From Candidatus Zixiibacteriota bacterium (lineage in GTDB: Bacteria; Zixibacteria; MSB-5A5; GN15; JAAZOE01): a DNA stretch of 64,000 bases. Where the stretch lies: NCBI GenBank assembly GCA_043819555.1, contig JBDREQ010000003.1, forward strand, positions 64,001 to 128,000, written 5' to 3'. Shown piece after piece: positions 33,601-43,889 of this stretch (its first letter is position 1; each line of letters opens with the position of its first letter). Below the pieces are notes generated by a model that ran no database searches, had not been told where the DNA came from, and saw only the letters and a list, made by a program, of their open reading frames with translations. The position numbers and the translations under genes were made by a program.

Positions 33601-35133
33601 TTATTCGGAATAATAATCCAAAAGCTCATCCAAAAGGCCGTCGATGTTCTGGACTTTGGCCTCGCGAGTAACGCTCACGCCATCAGATTCGAGGACTTTG
33701 CTAGCCTTGGGGCCTATGGAAAAAACTTTGGCGTTTTGAATAATATCATCCGCTTCCTCTTTGGATAAATTATGATACAATCCCTTCATTGTCGAACCGG
33801 ATGTAAACAAAATCGCATCGGGAGGATATTCCAGTAACTTTTCCTTTAGCCCATCCGGCCAGGTGGGATAATAAGTTTCATAAGTCGTAAGTGGCAAAAC
33901 TTCCGCGCCCAATCCGGGAAAAGCCTTCTCAATTAACTCGTCGGCCAGATTCCCTCGAACTCGAACTACGGTGGTGTCATTCAAATCAATCGCCTTCGGC
34001 ATCTCATCGACTAATATATTTACCGTTGCTATCGAAGGCATAAAATCGATTGGCAGACGATATTCTTTTAATAAACCTGAAGTACCCTCTCCAATAGCGG
34101 CAATCTTAAATCCTGCCAGCGTTCGAATATCATCGAATTTCTCGGTAAACTTATCCATAAAATATCGCACGCCGTTTTCGCTGGTAAAAATCAGCCATTT
34201 ATCATCGTTTTGAATATATGAAAAATCCGCCCAGCCCTTTTCATCGTCAACCGCCCGCGTCGCGATTGTCGGATATGGCAGAGGTTCGGCGCCCAGTTCA
34301 CGCAATCGGCGATACAAATCCCCGGCCTGCACCGACGCTCGCGTCACCATAACCCGCAAACCAGGAAGAGGACGGCCAGTAAACCATTTCAGATATGGTT
34401 GGAGATCGACGACTCCGCCCAGAACAAACAATGCCGGAGGCTTAACATTTTCGTTTTTAACGATTCCGGGCAAATCTTTCAAAGTTGCCGTAAATACTCG
34501 CTGTGACGGAAAAGTCCCCCGTTCGATAATCGCCGCCGACATATCAGGATTCATGCCATTCTCAATCAATTGCTCAGTGATATTCGAAATCTCATTGACG
34601 CCCATATAAATCACGACCGTGCCGTTTTTGATTTTGGCAACCCAGTCCCAGGGAACGGTTGATTTCAATTTGTCACTGGATTTATGGCCGGTCAAAAACA
34701 AAACCGATGAAGCGCGCTCGCGGTCGGTGCAGGGAATACCGGCATAGGCCGGCCCGGCAATTCCCGAGGTGACGCCGGTAATGATTTCAAATTCAACGCC
34801 ATGCTCTTTGAGATACTTAGCTTCTTCGCCGCCCCGGCCAAATATCAAAGGATCGCTGCCTTTGAGTCTCGCTACCGATTTTCCCTCTCGAGCCAGCTTG
34901 AGCAGAAGCTCGTTAATTTTCTCCTGAGGAACCGGATGATCCCCTGCCTTTTTGCCGACATAATATTTCTCAGTCTCTTCGGGAATATTGATGATAAACT
35001 CGGGACAAACCAAATTGTCGTACAATACCGCGTCGCAACTACAAAGTAGTTCCTTGCCGCGGACGGTAATCAATCCGGGATCGCCGGGGCCCGCGCCAAT
35101 CAAATATACTTTTCCGGTTTTGCCCATAGGCAT
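33601..35133 (-). CDS. cobA: Uroporphyrinogen-III C-methyltransferase / uroporphyrinogen-III synthase fusion (CobA-HemD)
   Basis: GAGPGDPGLIT and RLKGSDPLIFGRGGEE, followed by a HemD domain (VTR, FTSENGV, FTSGST). Confidence 0.95.
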   Translation of the reverse strand: MPMGKTGKVYLIGAGPGDPGLITVRGKELLCSCDAVLYDNLVCPEFIINIPEETEKYYVGKKAGDHPVPQEKINELLLKLAREGKSVARLKGSDPLIFGRGGEEAKYLKEHGVEFEIITGVTSGIAGPAYAGIPCTDRERASSVLFLTGHKSSDKLKSTVPWDWVAKIKNGTVVIYMGVNEISNITEQLIENGMNPDMSAAIIERGTFPSQRVFTATLKDLPGIVKNENVKPPALFVLGGVVDLQPYLKWFTGRPLPGLRVMVTRASVQAGDLYRRLRELGAEPLPYPTIATRAVDDEKGWADFSYIQNDDKWLIFTSENGVRYFMDKFTEKFDDIRTLAGFKIAAIGEGTSGLLKEYRLPIDFMPSIATVNILVDEMPKAIDLNDTTVVRVRGNLADELIEKAFPGLGAEVLPLTTYETYYPTWPDGLKEKLLEYPPDAILFTSGSTMKGLYHNLSKEEADDIIQNAKVFSIGPKASKVLESDGVSVTREAKVQNIDGLLDELLDYYSE

Positions 35134-35135
35134 TA

Positions 35136-35855
35136 TCAATCATCTCCGCCGAATTCCAGAGTCACCGGTCCAGCACCGGGATCCTCATGATTTTTATCTT
35201 CCGGTTCTTCGTCTTCGACCGGTTCCAAAAGCTTATCCAATTCGTTTTCGAGGTCGGCATCATTTTTATTTTTTATCAATGTCTTCCAGTCGGCGCTCAG
35301 AAATCTGTCAAGACTGGCAAACCGTTCTTTGGTATCATTACCCCACTTAACATGAACTTTTTTGCGGAAGTCCGCGGCCAATTGCATGATGCGCGACCAG
35401 TGATTGGGAAAGATATTTTCCATAATAAGGCGCAGATGCGCCGCCAGAAAAGGAGCCTTACCATCGGTTGATACCGCTACTGTCAGGGCATCGCGTTTGA
35501 CCATAGCCGGAAAAATAAAATCGCACAGAGGTGGATTATCAACGACATTCACCAGCGTTTTTCCCTCCCGGCAATCATCATATACACCCCGGTTAACCGC
35601 TTCGTCATCTGATGCCGCGACAACCATGCCGTAATTCGAAGCCTCCGGAGATTCATATGTTCTATTGTGAAGCTTCAGCTTCCCTTTGGATGCGTAATAT
35701 CCAATTTTATCGAGCGGCTCTGGTGCAACAACTGTGATATCGGCTTCAAAATCCATGAGAAGCTCAATCTTCCTCAAAGCCACTTTGCCCCCGCCGACAA
35801 CCAAAAACGGGCGCGATTTCAATGTTATATTTATCGGAAAATATTTATTAGCCAT
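35136..35855 (-). CDS. Precorrin-2 dehydrogenase / sirohydrochlorin ferrochelatase (SirC/Met8/CysG-N type)
   Basis: VVGGGKVALRK, NVVDNPPLCDFIFPA and STDGKAP. Confidence 0.92.
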   Translation of the reverse strand: MANKYFPINITLKSRPFLVVGGGKVALRKIELLMDFEADITVVAPEPLDKIGYYASKGKLKLHNRTYESPEASNYGMVVAASDDEAVNRGVYDDCREGKTLVNVVDNPPLCDFIFPAMVKRDALTVAVSTDGKAPFLAAHLRLIMENIFPNHWSRIMQLAADFRKKVHVKWGNDTKERFASLDRFLSADWKTLIKNKNDADLENELDKLLEPVEDEEPEDKNHEDPGAGPVTLEFGGDD

Positions 35856-35857
35856 TG

Positions 35858-37087
35858 TCAATTCTCCATTTTTTCCGCCCGTGCTTCAACGCGGGATTTT
35901 ACCTGAATCATTCGGTCCATCATTTGCCTTGAAATCCGGTCAAAGACCGCCTTTGTTTCATCCGGCATTGAATTCAAACCGCCCAATGTTTCCAGACGTA
36001 TTTTCTCAAACGCCTCAGCCAGTCCATTATAACCCGGCTCATGGCGAATGTGCTCGTACCAGTACATAAATTGTTCCAACCGATTTTTGATTAATTTTTC
36101 CGCGTCCGGGATAGCCCGCCTCCGATTCGCCTGCTGTCCTTTTAAGAAATCACGAACGGCATCCAGATCATATATTTCAAGACCATCATAATTTGCTTTA
36201 ACCTCGACATCACGCGGAACAGCCATATCGGCAATCACCATTTTCTTATCAGGATGATCATCGAAAACCGCTTTTAATATGCTGTCATCAATAACCGGCT
36301 TATCAGAACCGGTACAGGATATAACAACATCAGATTTTGTTATCAAGTCCGGCAGATGATTAAATCCAAACCCTTCCGCGTTATAATGTCTGGCAAATTC
36401 TTCCGCCTTATCCCGTGTGCGGTTGGCAAATAAAAAATTATTATAACGCAATCGATGCAATCCCGAAGCCGCCAATGAAATCATCCTGTTTATTCCAACG
36501 AAGAGGATCACCGGATTATCGAATGCCTGCAGTTTAATCCGGAGCAAATCAATCGTCGCGCTCGAAACCGAACAAGCGCCTTTGCCCAGTTCTGTTTCAG
36601 TCCGCACCTGTTTGCCAATCCGAAAGGTTTGGTGTATCAGCCGGTGCAGTACTTTGCCGGTCGATTTTACCGAGCAGGCCGATCGGTATGCGTCTTTTAT
36701 CTGTCCGAAAATTTGATTTTCTCCAATGACCATCGATTCAATTCCGGCGGCAACGCGAAAGATATGGTCAACCGCGTCTTTATCTTTTGATAAATAAAAT
36801 TTATCTTTTAGGCTGGTTATGTCTATATCCCTGAAATTGCGGTAAAAATCAGAAATTATTTTGAAAGCATCATCCTTATCGCCGGCGATAAAATAAAACT
36901 CAATTCGATTGCACGTTGAGACAATCATTGATTCTTTGATTTCCGGTAATTCAACAAAAACGGCATTAGCCGCCGCCAAATCTCCAATATTTATCTGCAG
37001 CGGTTCGCGCTCTTCAAGTGAAGACGTCGTATGATTGATGCCGCATAAATACAGCCGCCAGTTGCAGGGAATCATAGTTTGGCTCAT
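35858..37087 (-). CDS. hemA: Glutamyl-tRNA reductase (NADPH-binding loop divergent)
   Basis: GINH, catalytic STCNR, ESMVIGENQIFGQ, ANRT and DMAVPRDV. Confidence 0.9.
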   Translation of the reverse strand: MSQTMIPCNWRLYLCGINHTTSSLEEREPLQINIGDLAAANAVFVELPEIKESMIVSTCNRIEFYFIAGDKDDAFKIISDFYRNFRDIDITSLKDKFYLSKDKDAVDHIFRVAAGIESMVIGENQIFGQIKDAYRSACSVKSTGKVLHRLIHQTFRIGKQVRTETELGKGACSVSSATIDLLRIKLQAFDNPVILFVGINRMISLAASGLHRLRYNNFLFANRTRDKAEEFARHYNAEGFGFNHLPDLITKSDVVISCTGSDKPVIDDSILKAVFDDHPDKKMVIADMAVPRDVEVKANYDGLEIYDLDAVRDFLKGQQANRRRAIPDAEKLIKNRLEQFMYWYEHIRHEPGYNGLAEAFEKIRLETLGGLNSMPDETKAVFDRISRQMMDRMIQVKSRVEARAEKMEN

Positions 37088-37094
37088 TTCCTCT

Positions 37095-38789
37095 TTATAA
37101 TACCGCCGCCTCGTATCCGCCGCTGATAATATCGACCGATTCAAAACCGGCCTGTTTCAATATCACCGCCGTCTGATATGAGCGAGGTCCGCGCTTGCAG
37201 ACTATAACTATTTTACGATTTTTGTCAAGCTCATCGATCCGGTTTCGCAGTTCATCGAGAGGAATATTCAAATAATTATCTTTTCCGCAAATATCCCACG
37301 GTTCGGATTCAATCTCAGCAGGCTCCCGGACATCAAGCCAGATACAATGTTCCTTTGATTTTTCTGAAAGATCGACCGGAGATATGAATGCAATCCCTCG
37401 GATTTTTGCCAATGCCATCGCCGCCAAATGATGGAGAGGATCCAATGCCTCAGAATAAGGCGGGGCATACCCATGCTCAAAATCCAGTACCGATTCCAGA
37501 GTAGCATTGTGCTGCAATAGAGCCGACATGCTGTCCACCCGTCGGCAAATATCTCCACAACCGGCCGCCTGCAGGCCGAGAACTCTATGAGAATCCGGCT
37601 CAAAAACCATCATCGCCTTGAATGTTTTTCCTTCGGGATAATAATCCGGCTTATCCGGGAATGTCCCCAGAACAAAATCAGCCTTCAACCCACAATTCTC
37701 GGCGACTTGCTTCGTTATACCGCATGATCCGACATTGCAGTCAAACAGCTTAATCAAAAACGTTCCCAGTGAACCGGGATATGTCATTTGATTGCCGACA
37801 ATATTTTCCGCAATGACCCGCCCATGTCGATTGGCCAGCGAGCCCATTGGAATATAAAAGGGTTTTTTTGTAATTTGATTTATTGATTCGATACAATCTC
37901 CGCCGGCATAGATATTGGCATCCGAAGTCCGCAGGTTTTCATCAACTTTGATGCCACCCGTTTCACCGATTTCCAGACCGCATTCATTTGCAAGCAACAC
38001 ATTTGGTTTGACACCCAGGCACAAAAACAAATAATCGCACGAAATGGATTCTTGCCTGGCGATATAAACAACCGGGTTGCCATCATCATCCAGATCAACT
38101 TTTTCGACCGTCGTGCCGGTTAGAAGTTCAATATCCTGGCGAGCCAGTTCACGTTGAGTGATTACCGCCATCTCATAATCGAGAGCATCTGGTAAAATTT
38201 GATTTTCTTTTTCCATCAGAACCGTTTCGATGCCCCATAGTCCGCCGCAGGTCTCGGCCAATTCGCATCCGATAAATCCAGCGCCTATTATGATAGCTTT
38301 TCCTACCTGACCGGTTTGAGCCATCTTGCGAAAGGCGATTGCATCGAACGGTCGCGTAAACGATCTGATTTTTTCAGATGCTGCCACCGGAAATGGCGGA
38401 GGTTTCGTATTAGCTCCTGTCGCCAATACAAGATATTTATATTCGTGTTCAAACTCTTCACCTGAATCCAATAGCTTAACCAAAGCTGTTTTTTCATCTC
38501 TGTTTATTTTGATGACTTCGGCCCTGGTAATCGCTTCGAATCCTTTGGAATTTTTAAAAAACTCGGGCGAGCGAACGACACCGTAAGAAGTAGCTACCAA
38601 TTGCTTAAAATTATCGATATCCCCCGATGCGAAATAAGGGAGACCGCACGATCCATAAGACATTATTTCCTCTTTTTGATAAAGAGTGATGCTCAGGTTC
38701 TTATCTCTTCGTGCGAGAGTCGCCGCCGTCTTGGGTCCGGCGGCAACGCCGCCGACAATGACCACATCCGAATATTTATTTTTGCTCAT
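37095..38789 (-). CDS. CoA-disulfide/persulfide reductase-rhodanese fusion flavoprotein (CoADR-RHD / Npsr-like)
   Basis: GGVAAG, redox Cys in SYGSCGLPY, GAGFIG, YAPPYS and a C-terminal rhodanese domain (DVRE...VCKRGPRS). Confidence 0.88.
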   Translation of the reverse strand: MSKNKYSDVVIVGGVAAGPKTAATLARRDKNLSITLYQKEEIMSYGSCGLPYFASGDIDNFKQLVATSYGVVRSPEFFKNSKGFEAITRAEVIKINRDEKTALVKLLDSGEEFEHEYKYLVLATGANTKPPPFPVAASEKIRSFTRPFDAIAFRKMAQTGQVGKAIIIGAGFIGCELAETCGGLWGIETVLMEKENQILPDALDYEMAVITQRELARQDIELLTGTTVEKVDLDDDGNPVVYIARQESISCDYLFLCLGVKPNVLLANECGLEIGETGGIKVDENLRTSDANIYAGGDCIESINQITKKPFYIPMGSLANRHGRVIAENIVGNQMTYPGSLGTFLIKLFDCNVGSCGITKQVAENCGLKADFVLGTFPDKPDYYPEGKTFKAMMVFEPDSHRVLGLQAAGCGDICRRVDSMSALLQHNATLESVLDFEHGYAPPYSEALDPLHHLAAMALAKIRGIAFISPVDLSEKSKEHCIWLDVREPAEIESEPWDICGKDNYLNIPLDELRNRIDELDKNRKIVIVCKRGPRSYQTAVILKQAGFESVDIISGGYEAAVL

Positions 38790-38836
38790 ACACAAATCAG
38801 GGGTTGAATATGACAACCCCTCTCATGCTTAATATA

Positions 38837-38863
38837 AAAACAGGCGGATGAACCGCCTGTTTT
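38837..38863 (-). terminator. Intrinsic terminator after dsrP
   Basis: AAAACAGGCGG-atgaa-CCGCCTGTTTT. Confidence 0.75.
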
Positions 38864-38877
38864 CTTACTTTTTATTT

Positions 38878-40038
38878 TTAGGCTTCAGCCAAAGTTTCTT
38901 TTACCGACAAAGCGATTTTATATAAGGCAGTAACAATTAAAAATCCGATCGCGTACACGCCCAGGGTAATCATCACCTCCGGCAAAGTTGGAGTATATTC
39001 GGTTACGGTCCCCAAAGGATTCGGCACAAAGCCGGTGACGACCATTCCCATGCCTTTATCAATCCAGATCGAGAAGAAAATTGCCACACTGGCCACCGCC
39101 AATATGGTGTGGTTCTTTCTGAATTTTGGAACGAGAACGAGTATCAAAGCCAAAACCGCCAGGAATACCGAGAACCACATCCACGGAACGAGCGCATTAT
39201 TTTCGCCCAATCCCATAAACATATATTGGAAATGAGATGTATGTTCGGGGATATCGCTGTAGAATGCGGTAAACAATTCCATCAATATTAAAAAGACATT
39301 CAGGCTCATTGTATATGCAGCAATCACTCCCAGCTTATTTATCGCCTTATCTCCGGCGTCAAACTTGGTTAGTTTTCGCAATAACAGGCACACTATAATA
39401 AGCAATGCCGGGCCGGAGGCGAATGCCGATGCCAAAAATCGCGGCGCCAGCACTGCCGTCAACCAAAAAGGCCGAGCCGCCAAACCGGAATACAAAAACG
39501 CCGTAACCGTATGAATGCTGACCGCCCAGGGTATCGATAAATAAATAATCGGTTTGACCCATTTCGGCGGGGCGATTTGCTTTCTTTCCGCACCCAGAAC
39601 CGTCCAGCTTATAATGAGATTCAAAACAAGATACCCAGATAAGACAATCGTATCCCAGAACATCATCGAGCGGGGAGATGGATGCAAAAAAACATTGACA
39701 ATTCTGAACGGCTGACCCATATCGACGAAGATAAAGGTCATGCACATAATTACGCTCGATACGGCCAGAAACTCGCCCAATATTGTGATCTTGCTAAAGG
39801 CTTTGAAATCATGCAGGTAGTATGGCAAAACCACCATGACAGCCGATGCGGCGACGCCAACCAAAAAAGTAAACTGAGCGATATAAAATCCCCAGGTCAC
39901 ATCGCGGCTGAGACCAGTGACGCCCAGTCCTTCGCCGAACTGATGCAAATAAGCCAGTACGCCACCGCCAATAACAATCATTAAAAAGGCGACCCAGGAC
40001 CAATACCTTCTATCTCCATGTAATGCTTTTTCTAACAT
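38878..40038 (-). CDS. dsrP: DsrP, NrfD-family membrane subunit
   Basis: WGFYIAQFTFLVGVAASAV, SIHTVTAFL and PRFLASAF; position in dsrMKJOP. Confidence 0.95.
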   Translation of the reverse strand: MLEKALHGDRRYWSWVAFLMIVIGGGVLAYLHQFGEGLGVTGLSRDVTWGFYIAQFTFLVGVAASAVMVVLPYYLHDFKAFSKITILGEFLAVSSVIMCMTFIFVDMGQPFRIVNVFLHPSPRSMMFWDTIVLSGYLVLNLIISWTVLGAERKQIAPPKWVKPIIYLSIPWAVSIHTVTAFLYSGLAARPFWLTAVLAPRFLASAFASGPALLIIVCLLLRKLTKFDAGDKAINKLGVIAAYTMSLNVFLILMELFTAFYSDIPEHTSHFQYMFMGLGENNALVPWMWFSVFLAVLALILVLVPKFRKNHTILAVASVAIFFSIWIDKGMGMVVTGFVPNPLGTVTEYTPTLPEVMITLGVYAIGFLIVTALYKIALSVKETLAEA

Positions 40039-40045
40039 AATTCCC

Positions 40046-40828
40046 TCACACCAAATAATAGACTTCAGGTTGGGTTCCCAATTGCGCCTTGCGTCTTATC
40101 GAAAAACGTGAGCGCAACAATTCGCGAACCTTTGATTCCGGGTCTTCCAGATCACCAAAGACGATGGCATCGTTCTTAGCGGCTTCCACACAGGCCGGTA
40201 TTTTACCTTTGGACAACCGCTCTTCGCAGAAGGTGCATTTTTCAACGACGCCGCGGGTTCTCGTAGGAAACTCGTTATTTATTTTCTTGATATGAGGACG
40301 AGGATCACGCCAGTTAAAGCTCCTCGAACCATACGGACAGCCGACGATGCAGTAGCGGCATCCGATACAGCGGTGCCAGTCCATCATGACAATCCCATCC
40401 GATTCGCGCTTCCAGGTCGCCTTGGTTGGGCAAACTTTAGTGCATGGCGGATTGTCACAATGATTGCATAGTACCGGAAATTGGGCGTGATGAAATTTCT
40501 CATCGATATGCTCGTGATTCTGTTCATGAAATGCCTTATGAAAATCTTCCATCCAGATCCACTTGATTTCTTCTTTGGGATTTCCGAAATCAGGGACATT
40601 GTGAGCTTCATGACAGGCTCTGGCACAATCTTTTATATTATCATGGTCAAGACATTTCTGCATATCAATTACCATCGCCCACCGCGTGGCCGTCAATGGA
40701 TTCTCCTGAGGCAGAGAACTCTCAATAACTTGCTCGGTTTCCTGAGCTACGACCGTCAAAGGTTTGGCAGCAGCGCCAAGGGCGGCCAATCCGGCAAATT
40801 TCAAAAATTTCCTCCTGTCAACACTCAT
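40046..40828 (-). CDS. dsrO: DsrO, periplasmic Fe-S subunit
   Basis: Tat leader DRRKFL; CNHCDNPPC, CIGCRYC and KCTFC. Confidence 0.95.
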   Translation of the reverse strand: MSVDRRKFLKFAGLAALGAAAKPLTVVAQETEQVIESSLPQENPLTATRWAMVIDMQKCLDHDNIKDCARACHEAHNVPDFGNPKEEIKWIWMEDFHKAFHEQNHEHIDEKFHHAQFPVLCNHCDNPPCTKVCPTKATWKRESDGIVMMDWHRCIGCRYCIVGCPYGSRSFNWRDPRPHIKKINNEFPTRTRGVVEKCTFCEERLSKGKIPACVEAAKNDAIVFGDLEDPESKVRELLRSRFSIRRKAQLGTQPEVYYLV

Positions 40829-41211
40829 TGGCCCACCTCCTCCGGAACAGTGTGACAGTCCCAACAGTATGGATCTACTTTCAGATATGTATGACATTTC
40901 TCACAGAAATTCTTCTGGCTGGCATGGCAGTCGAGGCAGGTATGAGTCAGGCTCATATTGTACTTTTGTCCATCTTTAGCAGTATAAACTCGCTGTCCAT
41001 CGCGCACAACCGCTTCTCGCCATTGATTCAAAAGATCCATGTGAAACGATCTCATATATTCGGTATCCTCCACGCAGGCATTACCCTTAACCGGTTTTTC
41101 CAGTTCCGGAACATAATCGGCATCGCCTTCCGCGAAGTTGTACCACATCGGGAAGGTAATCAGAACTAAAAAGATAACCAGGCCGATGAATACTTTGCCG
41201 GAATCATACAT
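40825..41211 (-). CDS. dsrJ: DsrJ triheme cytochrome c
   Basis: Three CxxCH motifs and MRSFHMDLL. Confidence 0.95.
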   Translation of the reverse strand: MYDSGKVFIGLVIFLVLITFPMWYNFAEGDADYVPELEKPVKGNACVEDTEYMRSFHMDLLNQWREAVVRDGQRVYTAKDGQKYNMSLTHTCLDCHASQKNFCEKCHTYLKVDPYCWDCHTVPEEVGQ

Positions 41212-42832
41212 TCTCACCACCCTCCTTTCCGTTATTAACAAATTCATCTCCACGCAAATCGGTCGTGCGATTCTTTTCGCCTGTCATCACGAGGGCGTTG
41301 CCGACCAGTTCGTGCACTGCTCCAACCTGAACTTCCGGCACCCAGTATTCCATCAAAGGAGCCAGAGTTGCCTTATCAATAGCGCATATGCACGAGAGTA
41401 GGTTAACGCCGTGTTTTTCATGAACATATTTGACGGCATTGGCGCGGGGCAATCCGCCCCGCATCCGCATCTCTATATTTTCATCGGTTCCAATGCCGGA
41501 ACCGCTGCCGCAGCAGAATGTCTGCTCACGAATGGTATTTTCCGGCATTTCATAAAAATGATTACAGACGTTATTGAGAATATATCGCGGCTCGTCCAAA
41601 AGACCCATCGCCCGCGCCGGATTGCACGAATCGTGATAAGTTACTTTCCACTGATCGTTGCGGCTGGGATTGAGTTTAATCTTATTGTGTTTGATCAAAT
41701 CCGCAGTAAATTCGCAGATGTGAACCATTTTGGTGGTTTTGGCGTTTTCGAAAACCGTTCCGGTAATCGGCGAACGCGGTACTTCAAGAAAATCCGCCGG
41801 GCCGTTCATCGTATCCATATATTGATGGAGAACACGCCACATATGACCGCATTCTGCGCCTATAATCCACTTCACGCCAAGACGTTTTGCTTCGGCATAT
41901 ATTTTCGCGTTTAACCGCTTCATCATTTCATTGGAATGAAAAAGACCGAAGTTCCCCCCCTCGGACGCGAAGGCGCTGAGAGTATAATCGAGTCCGATCT
42001 CATGAAACAACGTCAGGTAACCCATGAATCCAAAATAGTGCGGATCACCGAAGTAATCGGCTGAGGGAACAACGAAAAGGATTTCGGCGCCTTTCTTATT
42101 TATCGGTGCGTTAACGCGGATTCCTGTGTTTTCTTCGATATCATCAATGGCAAAATCGACGCTGTCTTTAAAACCATGCGGCTGAATCCCAAGGTGGTTA
42201 CCGGTCCGGAAACAATTTGCGGCGGGGGTTGAAATCCAGTCGATATCAAGTCCCAAAAGATTCAATAGCTCCCGGCCAATCATTGTTATCTCGGCCGTGT
42301 CAATTCCATAAGGGCAGAAGACCGAACAACGCCGGCATTCCGTACATTGATAGAAATAGAAAAACCATTCCTTAATAACATCGACCGTCAGTTCTCGTCC
42401 GCCGCCGAGTCTTCCCAATATTTTCCCGGCCGCGGTAAAATCGTTGCGATAAATCGACCGCAATAATTCCGCTCGCAAAACCGGCATATTCTTAGGATCG
42501 CCGGAGCCAATATAGAAATGGCACTTATCAGCGCACGCTCCGCAGCGGACGCATATATCCATAAAAACCTGCAGCGACCGAAATCGTTTGAGACGATCGG
42601 CAAGGCCTTTTATAATAATTTCTTTCCAGTTTTCCGGAAGCTGCCAGTCATCATTCATCGGTTGCCATTTGCGAACGTTGGGCAATCCCAAATATCCCGT
42701 ACTTGACGGCTGAGCGCCATAATTGAAACACCCTCTTTTTATTTCCGTCTTTTCATCGCGCCAATCACCGCCGGGAATGGAATATTTGATGCCTTTAGCC
42801 AGCTCTTCCGGTTTTATCAATTTTTCCGCCAT
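41204..42832 (-). CDS. dsrK: DsrK, HdrD-like Fe-S subunit
   Basis: CVRCGACADKCH, CTECRRCSVFCP, YHDSC and CCG. Confidence 0.97.
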   Translation of the reverse strand: MAEKLIKPEELAKGIKYSIPGGDWRDEKTEIKRGCFNYGAQPSSTGYLGLPNVRKWQPMNDDWQLPENWKEIIIKGLADRLKRFRSLQVFMDICVRCGACADKCHFYIGSGDPKNMPVLRAELLRSIYRNDFTAAGKILGRLGGGRELTVDVIKEWFFYFYQCTECRRCSVFCPYGIDTAEITMIGRELLNLLGLDIDWISTPAANCFRTGNHLGIQPHGFKDSVDFAIDDIEENTGIRVNAPINKKGAEILFVVPSADYFGDPHYFGFMGYLTLFHEIGLDYTLSAFASEGGNFGLFHSNEMMKRLNAKIYAEAKRLGVKWIIGAECGHMWRVLHQYMDTMNGPADFLEVPRSPITGTVFENAKTTKMVHICEFTADLIKHNKIKLNPSRNDQWKVTYHDSCNPARAMGLLDEPRYILNNVCNHFYEMPENTIREQTFCCGSGSGIGTDENIEMRMRGGLPRANAVKYVHEKHGVNLLSCICAIDKATLAPLMEYWVPEVQVGAVHELVGNALVMTGEKNRTTDLRGDEFVNNGKEGGENV

Positions 42833-42834
42833 AT

Positions 42835-43827
42835 TCACTCCTTATCCAGAGGCATATTGGCATCCCTCATGACTTCCCGGAACTCATCTTCCCACTCCTC
42901 GTAGGTATGAGTTTTAACTTTGGGATTCCAGGGATTAATATGCCGTTTGGCGCGATTGTTGTTAGCCAGGTTGCGGGTTGGACTAAAGAATACTCCGGCA
43001 AAATGCATCAGTTTGGAATAGGGGAAATAGGCCAATAGAATACAGACGAGGAACAGATGGATATAAAATACCGAGCCAATCCCATCTGGAACAACCGGAT
43101 TAAATGTTAAAAGTCCGGTGACCATCTGCTTGACATAGACTATATCAATCTTGTAAAAGTGTCTCATGCAAATTCCGCTGGTCGCTATCGAGAAAATCAG
43201 ATAAAGCGGAAAATAATCGGCTGGGAGCGAAATATACCTCACCTGAGGAATCATCACCCGGCGCAAAAACAGGAATATTACGGCGCCGACCATGATTAGA
43301 CTAGTCAGATATAATTCCGGAACGCCGATTTGGAAAAATCCATCAAGAGCCTGAATCGGTTCTACAAAAATCGGCGCGGGTTCGGTAAAGAACCGAAAGT
43401 GTCTCAAAATGATTATTAAAAAACTGTAATGAAACGCCAGTCCCGCGGCCCAGAGCCATTTATCCGAGCCGTAAACAAGATTCTTACCTTCATGTATTTC
43501 GGTTTTAGTGTTGCGGAAAAGCGACCGAAAGAAAAACACTTCCGCGAACATTCGTGCCACGACCTGCCAGAAAGTGAATGGCGCCTCGAGTTTATTATGA
43601 TTTATCCACGGCAGTGATTTCTGTTGACCGCAGGTTGTGGGAATACGAAATGGAACTGGAGCCCCGGCCCATTTCAATACTCGCGTGATCACGCCGAGCA
43701 CAAACACGGCAATCGATGTATAGGGTATTATCACCCCGAATAAATACTGCCAGTTTAAGATACCGGCTCCGACAAATACTGCCGCTATCAGAAATATGAC
43801 TATAAAAAGTGAGCTCAAAACATGCAT
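42835..43827 (-). CDS. dsrM: DsrM, NarI-like cytochrome b
   Basis: PFRIPTTCGQQ, FH...RH and FPYSKLMH...PTRN. Confidence 0.96.
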   Translation of the reverse strand: MHVLSSLFIVIFLIAAVFVGAGILNWQYLFGVIIPYTSIAVFVLGVITRVLKWAGAPVPFRIPTTCGQQKSLPWINHNKLEAPFTFWQVVARMFAEVFFFRSLFRNTKTEIHEGKNLVYGSDKWLWAAGLAFHYSFLIIILRHFRFFTEPAPIFVEPIQALDGFFQIGVPELYLTSLIMVGAVIFLFLRRVMIPQVRYISLPADYFPLYLIFSIATSGICMRHFYKIDIVYVKQMVTGLLTFNPVVPDGIGSVFYIHLFLVCILLAYFPYSKLMHFAGVFFSPTRNLANNNRAKRHINPWNPKVKTHTYEEWEDEFREVMRDANMPLDKE

Positions 43828-43889
43828 AGGCGACAGCCTCCCTTCCCATGATTTACCGTTAGTTTTGATGCTGTCATAAACGTTGCTTT

